DNA of 64,000 nt from Neptunicella sp. GTDB lineage: Bacteria; Pseudomonadota; Gammaproteobacteria; Enterobacterales; Alteromonadaceae. The notes beneath the pieces were generated by a model. The model saw only the letters and a program-made list of their open reading frames with translations, was not told the DNA's origin and did not search any database. The translations under genes were made by a program, and so were the position numbers. The stretch is taken from positions 19,909 to 83,908 of the forward strand of contig NZ_JBLWWF010000012.1 of the NCBI RefSeq assembly GCF_048268085.1, read 5' to 3'. Of this stretch, positions 58,072 to 64,000 are shown piece after piece (positions within the stretch are counted from its first letter, which is position 1; every line of letters starts with the position of its first letter).

Positions 58072-60258
58072 ATGGCCTGTACTATTGCTGATGTAGCCAT
58101 TGGCGTTCCTAAACGTACCTTATTTGATTACCTCATTGCTGACACCGTGCCAGAGATTGGTGCGCGGGTACTAGTACCATTTGGACGGCGCAAACTGGTG
58201 GGTATTGTATTAGGTCTCAAAGAGCAATCCAACTGGCCGGTTGATAAATTAAAACCAATCGAACAAGTATTAGACCAACAGCCGGTGTTTAGCCCCGCCA
58301 TGCTAACCATGCTTAAGTGGGCTAGCCAATATTATCAACACCCTATTGGTGACGTGTTGCAATCCGCCTTGCCGGTATTATTACGCAACGGCAAATCCAG
58401 TCAGATGCCAGCTATTTTAATCTGGCAATGTAGCGAATCGGGTCAACAAACCGACGAGGCTGAGTTAAAACGTTCGCCTAAACAGCAGCAACTACTGTTG
58501 TTGTTAAAACAACAGCCGATGCCAGACAGCGAACTAAAACAACAATTTAGTAGCGCCATTATTAACGCACTGCATAAAAAAGCATTGATTGAACAACAAC
58601 ATATTATCCCTGAGCTGGAAAATTACTGGCATCATCAATTACAAATATCGTCAGGCCCCAACCCGGGAATTGAACAATCGCTGGCGATTACCGGTATCAC
58701 CAGTCACCTAGATCGGTTTCATCCAGTTTTACTCGAAGGCGTAACTGGCAGTGGTAAAACCGAAGTCTATTTACAAGCCATTGAGCCACTATTAAAACAG
58801 GCCAAACAGGTATTGATTCTGGTACCGGAGATAGGACTCACGCCACAAACAGTACAACGCTTTAAAACACGTTTTAATGCCCCGGTGGGATTATTGCATT
58901 CCAATCTGACCGATAACGAACGACTGGCGGTATGGCGTCAGGCCAAAGAAGGTCAACTCGCCATTGTTATTGGTACCCGTTCGGCGATTTTTACCCCTTT
59001 TAAACAGCTGGGGATGATTATCGTTGATGAAGAGCATGATAATTCCTATAAACAGCAGGACGGTTTCCGTTATCACGGACGGGATTTGGCGGCTGTCCGC
59101 GCTCGCCAACAGAATATTCCGCTACTATTAGGCAGCGCCACACCCTCGTTGGAAAGCTTACACAACGCCTTAAGCAACAAGTATCAACATTTTCAATTAC
59201 AACAGCGCGCGGGTGTCGCTCAAATTGCCCGTCAGCAGGTGTTTGATATAAAAAATCAGCCTCTGCAATTCGGCATCGCCAAAGGCATGCAAGATCGCAT
59301 GGCGGCACACTTGCAACAGGGTAATCAGGTGATGGTGTTTATTAACCGACGCGGATTTGCCCCCAGTTTGTTATGCCATCATTGCGGTTATGTAGAGATG
59401 TGCCATCGCTGTGATAAAAGCTATACCCTGCATAAAGGACTGAATAAACTGCAATGCCATCACTGCGGTGATGCTAAACATATTCCCCAGCATTGTCATG
59501 ACTGCCAATCTCCCCAATTGATCAGTATGGGAGTCGGCACCGAACAGCTAGAACAGGGTTTAAATCAACTTTTTCCTGCTTACAAAAGTATCCGTATTGA
59601 TAGCGACAACATCCGCAGTAAAAGCCGTTTTCACCAGATGCTGGAAGATATTAATCAGGGTGAATATCAGATCTTGATTGGCACGCAAATTTTAGCCAAA
59701 GGCCATCATTTCCCCAAGGTAACCTTAGTACTGATAGTGGATGTGGATGGCGCATTATTCAGTATGGATTTTCGCGCGGCGGAAAATTTATCCCAGTTAA
59801 TAACCCAAGTAGCCGGGCGGGCTGGTCGAGCTGAACAACCAGGCGAAATGTGGTTACAAAGTCATCATCCCGAACATCCGTTATTACAAGACTTGCTCAA
59901 TAACGGCTACGGCCACTTTGCCCGTTATGCTTTGCAGGAACGTAAACTGGCACAACTCCCCCCTTTTAGCTTTCAGGCATTAGTTCGTGCTGAAGCCAAT
60001 TCAGCCAATAAGGCTCATCAATTTTTGCAACTGGCACAGCAGTATTTTATCGATGCCAACGAAGTTATCAGTATGGGCCCCTTCCCCGCCCTAATGGAGA
60101 AACGTCAGGGTCGTTACCGCATGCAGTTACTGCTACAAAGTCCCAATCGAGCCAGCTTGCAAAAAGCCCTCTTTAATGCGATCCCTCAGATTGAAAATCG
60201 TCCTGAAAGCAGCCAAATTCGCTGGTCAGTCGATGTGGATCCGCAAGATTTCACATAA
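58072..60258 (+). CDS. priA: primosomal replication restart helicase PriA
   Basis: Walker A (LLEGVTGSGKTEVY), DEEH box (IIVDEEHD), the Cys-rich zinc region (CHHCGY...CHRCD...CHHCG...C.DC) and GTQILAKGHHFP. Confidence 0.96.
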   Translation: MACTIADVAIGVPKRTLFDYLIADTVPEIGARVLVPFGRRKLVGIVLGLKEQSNWPVDKLKPIEQVLDQQPVFSPAMLTMLKWASQYYQHPIGDVLQSALPVLLRNGKSSQMPAILIWQCSESGQQTDEAELKRSPKQQQLLLLLKQQPMPDSELKQQFSSAIINALHKKALIEQQHIIPELENYWHHQLQISSGPNPGIEQSLAITGITSHLDRFHPVLLEGVTGSGKTEVYLQAIEPLLKQAKQVLILVPEIGLTPQTVQRFKTRFNAPVGLLHSNLTDNERLAVWRQAKEGQLAIVIGTRSAIFTPFKQLGMIIVDEEHDNSYKQQDGFRYHGRDLAAVRARQQNIPLLLGSATPSLESLHNALSNKYQHFQLQQRAGVAQIARQQVFDIKNQPLQFGIAKGMQDRMAAHLQQGNQVMVFINRRGFAPSLLCHHCGYVEMCHRCDKSYTLHKGLNKLQCHHCGDAKHIPQHCHDCQSPQLISMGVGTEQLEQGLNQLFPAYKSIRIDSDNIRSKSRFHQMLEDINQGEYQILIGTQILAKGHHFPKVTLVLIVDVDGALFSMDFRAAENLSQLITQVAGRAGRAEQPGEMWLQSHHPEHPLLQDLLNNGYGHFARYALQERKLAQLPPFSFQALVRAEANSANKAHQFLQLAQQYFIDANEVISMGPFPALMEKRQGRYRMQLLLQSPNRASLQKALFNAIPQIENRPESSQIRWSVDVDPQDFT

Positions 60259-60383
60259 ACAACCTGCCACTTTCAATTTCATTCTATAATTCAGTAAGTT
60301 GTACACACATATCAGTGCAAATTTAACTCACAAAATACTGATTCGATACGATATATAAAGACTAAGTAAAAAAGGATATAAAT

Positions 60384-62507
60384 ATGAGTTGGCAAAATCG
60401 TTACCAAAATTTCAGTATTAGCACTAAATTATTAGCGTTAATCGTTAGTTTAGTTTTGCTATGTGTATTGCTGCTGTCTTATTTTTCTTCTTCCAGCTTA
60501 AATAAAATATCCAAAGAACAGCTTACCGCCACGGAAGTGCAATTAAAGCAATCGGTACTGGCCGCCATGCAACTAACCGGTGAAAATGCCGCCGCTAAAG
60601 TGCAGGCTTTACTCAATCAGTCTTTCACCGTACCAGTTTCATTAGCCAATATTCTCAAGAACAGCGCCTATCCCAATCAACCACTTAGCCGCAGTGCCGT
60701 CAAAGAGCTGGATCGTTCCATGTTGGAAGCCAACCCGCAAATCAGCTCTATCTATTCACAGTTTGAAGCCCAGGGATACGACAACCGGGATGCAGAATAT
60801 GTGGGTAATCTGGAGCATAGCAGTAACAGCGGAACCATGGAGATTTACTGGGTTCGTGAAGATGGCAAGCTGGTTTACTATCCGGTAGATGATCCGGAAG
60901 AAAAACATTTGGATAGCGTTAATGAACTCGGTATACGCGAAGCCGAATGGTATTTATGTGGTCGCGATACCTTGGCTCCCTGCGCATTGGATCCCTATTT
61001 GTACGAAATTGAACCGGGCAATGAAGTCTTGATGACCACGCTGGCCGCTCCGGTAGTGGTCAATGGCCAGTTCCGCGGCACAGTAGGAATTGATATCAAT
61101 TTACCCGTCATCCAGCAATGGATCAGCCAACAGGCTAAAAGCTTCTATAATGGTCAATCCCGTTTAACTCTGGTAAGCCAACGGGAGTTGCTGGTCGCCT
61201 CCAGTGAATTTCCCCAACAACTCAGCCAACAGCTAAAAAATGTCTCGCCAGAATTAAAAAAGGTACTGGATAGTGCCGACCATACTATTTCCGACGATAA
61301 ATTCTGGCATGTTAAAGTGCCGATTAATATTGCTCAGGCCAACACTCAATGGCAATTACTGGTCTCGGTGCCAGTTGATGTGGCCATGGCTCCGGTGGCC
61401 AAAATGGCCAAAGTGGCCAACGATACCTTTTCCTCTGAACGGGCTAACTTTATTTATGTTGCGTTAATATTGCTGGTCGTTGCCATTGTTCTGGTGGTGT
61501 GGCTGGCTCGTTCTATTTCTCGGCCGATTGAAACCGTATCAGGCGCGATTGCGTTACTATCCAGTAATGAAGGCGATCTCACCCAAGAAATTAATGTCCG
61601 TAATCATAAAGAATTGATTGAAGTGTCCGACGGACTAAACCGCTTTATGGAAAAACTGCGGGATATGATCATCTCGCTTAAATCCGAAGCCACCGAGCTT
61701 AATAGCCAAGTAACTGAACTGGATGGTAAAGCTTTATCCATGCGGCATGAAACGGATGAACAGGAATCCAATCTGGATAATGTGGTTGCCGCGATTAACC
61801 AAATGGCCGCTACCGCCACCGAAGTCGCAAATCTGGCCAGTGGTACCGCCGATAGCTCGAATAAAAGCGCTACGATGTTAACCGAGACCCAGAACAGCTT
61901 CCGCCAAAATGTCGACGAGGTGAATTCTCTGGCCACTCAAATCCAATCGTCTGCGGATAAAGTGTCTGAGGTGGCGCATCGTAGTCAGGACATCACCAGT
62001 ATTGTCGTTACTATTCAAGCCATTGCCGAACAAACTAACCTATTGGCATTAAACGCCGCCATTGAAGCTGCCCGCGCTGGTGAACAAGGCCGTGGCTTTG
62101 CCGTGGTTGCCGATGAGGTACGCAGTTTGGCGGCCAGAACCCAATCATCAACCCAAGAAATCGGAGACTTAATCCAGAACTTGCAACAAGAAGTAAATCA
62201 GGCCGTTACTTCACTGGGACAAATTCAAACATCTGTCACCAGTACCGTAGATAAGACCCATGTGAGTTTTGAACAACTATCCGAGGTGTTAGTCAGTATT
62301 AACGATATTAACGATAATGCCGCGCAAGTCGCTACTGCCGCTGAAGAGCAAAGCCAAGTCAGTGAAGATATTAATCGCCGTATTGTCGCCATCGGTGATG
62401 GCAGTAAACAATTATCAACGCTGGGTGATGAACTCAAAGCATTAAGCCAAGTGGTCCATTCCGTTGTTGAATCAATGAATAAACAATTAGGACGTCTTAA
62501 ATCGTAA
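60384..62507 (+). CDS. methyl-accepting chemotaxis protein with a periplasmic Cache-type sensor
   Basis: Two TM segments flank a periplasmic domain of about 330 aa, followed by a HAMP domain and the highly conserved MCP signalling hairpin ([37 protein letters not shown]). Confidence 0.92.
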   Translation: MSWQNRYQNFSISTKLLALIVSLVLLCVLLLSYFSSSSLNKISKEQLTATEVQLKQSVLAAMQLTGENAAAKVQALLNQSFTVPVSLANILKNSAYPNQPLSRSAVKELDRSMLEANPQISSIYSQFEAQGYDNRDAEYVGNLEHSSNSGTMEIYWVREDGKLVYYPVDDPEEKHLDSVNELGIREAEWYLCGRDTLAPCALDPYLYEIEPGNEVLMTTLAAPVVVNGQFRGTVGIDINLPVIQQWISQQAKSFYNGQSRLTLVSQRELLVASSEFPQQLSQQLKNVSPELKKVLDSADHTISDDKFWHVKVPINIAQANTQWQLLVSVPVDVAMAPVAKMAKVANDTFSSERANFIYVALILLVVAIVLVVWLARSISRPIETVSGAIALLSSNEGDLTQEINVRNHKELIEVSDGLNRFMEKLRDMIISLKSEATELNSQVTELDGKALSMRHETDEQESNLDNVVAAINQMAATATEVANLASGTADSSNKSATMLTETQNSFRQNVDEVNSLATQIQSSADKVSEVAHRSQDITSIVVTIQAIAEQTNLLALNAAIEAARAGEQGRGFAVVADEVRSLAARTQSSTQEIGDLIQNLQQEVNQAVTSLGQIQTSVTSTVDKTHVSFEQLSEVLVSINDINDNAAQVATAAEEQSQVSEDINRRIVAIGDGSKQLSTLGDELKALSQVVHSVVESMNKQLGRLKS

Positions 62508-62524
62508 CGACAGTGAATATTGGA

Positions 62525-62568
62525 GGTTAACCTCAGAACGATTGGACGGATCCGTTCTGACGTTAACC
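62525..62568 (+). other. long imperfect hairpin downstream of the chemoreceptor gene
   Basis: ggttaacctcagaacg (62525-62540) / cgttctgacgttaacc (62553-62568) pair at 15 of 16 positions with a 12-nt loop. There is no U-tract. It could be a terminator or a REP-like element. Confidence 0.35.
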
Positions 62569-62701
62569 TAATCCAACTAACCGTCCCTCACTACATCATT
62601 CTTCATGACTTTGTGGCATACTATGCGCCAAATTTTAGCCGGGCCATATAGATTCGTTGCTTCGGCCTATTTCTTTGTATCGCTAATCCGGAATTAAGAC
62701 A

Positions 62702-64000
62702 TTGTTAACAGCTTCTAATATCACCATGCAATTTGGCGCCAAGCCATTATTTGAAAACGTCTCGGTTAAATTTGGCGAAGGTAATCGCTATGGTTTAATC
62801 GGTGCTAACGGCTGTGGTAAATCCACGTTTATGAAAATTCTTGGCAGTGATTTAGAACCGTCTTCCGGCAATATATCCAAAGATCATAATGAACGTATTG
62901 GTAAATTAAAGCAGGATCAATTTGCCTATGAGAAATTTTCGGTAGTGGATACCGTCATTATGGGTCACGAAGAATTGTGGGCCGTAAAATCCGAGCGTGA
63001 TGCCATTTATGCCAAAGCAGAAATGAGCGAAGAAGATGGTATGCGAGCTGGCGATCTTGAATCTGAATTTATGGAAATGGACGGATATACCGCCGAAGCT
63101 CGAGCCGGGGAACTATTAGCCGGGTTAGGCATTCCGGTAGAACAACATTTTGGCCCGATGAGCGAAATAGCCCCGGGCTGGAAACTGCGGGTGTTATTGG
63201 CTCAGGTACTGTTCTCCGATCCGGATATTATGTTACTCGATGAGCCCACCAACAACCTCGATATCAACAGTATCCGTTGGTTGGAAGATATTCTCAATGC
63301 GCGTAACTGCACCATGATCATTATCTCGCACGACAGACACTTTCTGAACAGTGTATGCACTCACATGGCTGATTTGGATTATGGTGAACTACGTTTGTTC
63401 CCGGGCAATTATGATGAATATATGACTGCTGCGACTCAGGCTCGTGAACGTTTGTTATCCGATAATGCCAAGAAAAAAGCCCAGATTGCCGAACTTAAAA
63501 CCTTCGTTAGCCGCTTTTCGGCAAATGCATCAAAATCCAAGCAGGCCACTTCACGTGCCAAGCAAATTGATAAAATCGAATTGGCCGAAGTCAAACCTTC
63601 AAGTCGCCAAAATCCATTTATTCGTTTTGAGCAAACTAAAAAGCTGCATCGCCAGGCTTTGGAAATTGAAGGACTGGCCAAAAGCTTCGACGAGCAGTTA
63701 TTTTCCGGCTTTAACTTAATGGTCGAAGTAGGCGAACGCATCGCGGTTATTGGTCCAAACGGGATTGGGAAATCAACCTTGTTAAAATGTTTAGTGGGCG
63801 ATTTAGAGCCTTCTGCAGGTATGATTAAGTGGTCTGAAAACGCTAATATTGGTTATTACGCGCAAGATCACGCTCATGAGTTTGAACAAGACATGAACCT
63901 GATGGACTGGATGTATCAATGGGCTCAGGAAGGTGACGATGAGCAGGTGATGCGTGGCACGTTAGGGCGTTTGCTGTTTTCTCAAAACGAGATCACTAAA
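62702..64000 (+). CDS. ybiT: ABC-F family ATPase YbiT-like (3' end beyond the window)
   Basis: It is not in the ORF track because no stop lies in the window. Translating from TTG 62702 gives [48 protein letters not shown]..., near-colinear with E. coli YbiT from memory. The frame stays open to nt 64000 (...[12 protein letters not shown]). Confidence 0.9.
   Translation, partial: MLTASNITMQFGAKPLFENVSVKFGEGNRYGLIGANGCGKSTFMKILGSDLEPSSGNISKDHNERIGKLKQDQFAYEKFSVVDTVIMGHEELWAVKSERDAIYAKAEMSEEDGMRAGDLESEFMEMDGYTAEARAGELLAGLGIPVEQHFGPMSEIAPGWKLRVLLAQVLFSDPDIMLLDEPTNNLDINSIRWLEDILNARNCTMIIISHDRHFLNSVCTHMADLDYGELRLFPGNYDEYMTAATQARERLLSDNAKKKAQIAELKTFVSRFSANASKSKQATSRAKQIDKIELAEVKPSSRQNPFIRFEQTKKLHRQALEIEGLAKSFDEQLFSGFNLMVEVGERIAVIGPNGIGKSTLLKCLVGDLEPSAGMIKWSENANIGYYAQDHAHEFEQDMNLMDWMYQWAQEGDDEQVMRGTLGRLLFSQNEITK

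Overview
This is a 64-kb chromosomal window from a Gammaproteobacterium. Gene order and protein sequences look like a marine Alteromonadales or Vibrionales type, and G+C is roughly 40-45% by eye. I call about 52 protein-coding genes. I recognised no rRNA, tRNA, CRISPR array, transposase, integrase or known phage-defence genes.

(1) Housekeeping backbone with E. coli-like synteny: yaeQ (5' end cut by the window), astC/argD-astA-astD, pabA, trpS, rpe, dam, damX, aroB, aroK, pilQPONM divergent from mrcA (PBP1A), rpmE, priA, a chemoreceptor, and ybiT (3' end cut).

(2) Accessory block A (23.8-30.8 kb): a translationally coupled operon of TonB-dependent receptor, DUF3604 lipoprotein, PpiC-like protein and HupE/UreJ-like permease. 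Its function is unknown.

(3) Accessory block B (31.1-53.6 kb): a large ester/lipid utilisation locus. It holds a TonB receptor, an acyl-CoA ligase, a TetR regulator, three secreted esterases (two are recent paralogs flanking an MFS transporter), a full beta-oxidation set with two long FadE-type dehydrogenases, and a divergent PAS-kinase/FixJ-type pair.

(4) Accessory block C (54.9-58.0 kb): an AT-rich insertion of about 3 kb splits the normally adjacent rpmE/priA pair. It is bounded by imperfect inverted repeats. It carries an AHL-type LuxR solo and a two-gene orphan operon whose first gene is separated from its SD-ATG by a 1-nt frame offset next to an A4 run. I consider this the most likely place for something undescribed.

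Smaller items: a 9-bp in-frame tandem repeat in damX encoding (Ala-Asp-Asn)n, several clear intrinsic terminators, and a few palindromic candidate operators. All family assignments come from reading the translations and from memory of those families. No database search was run.
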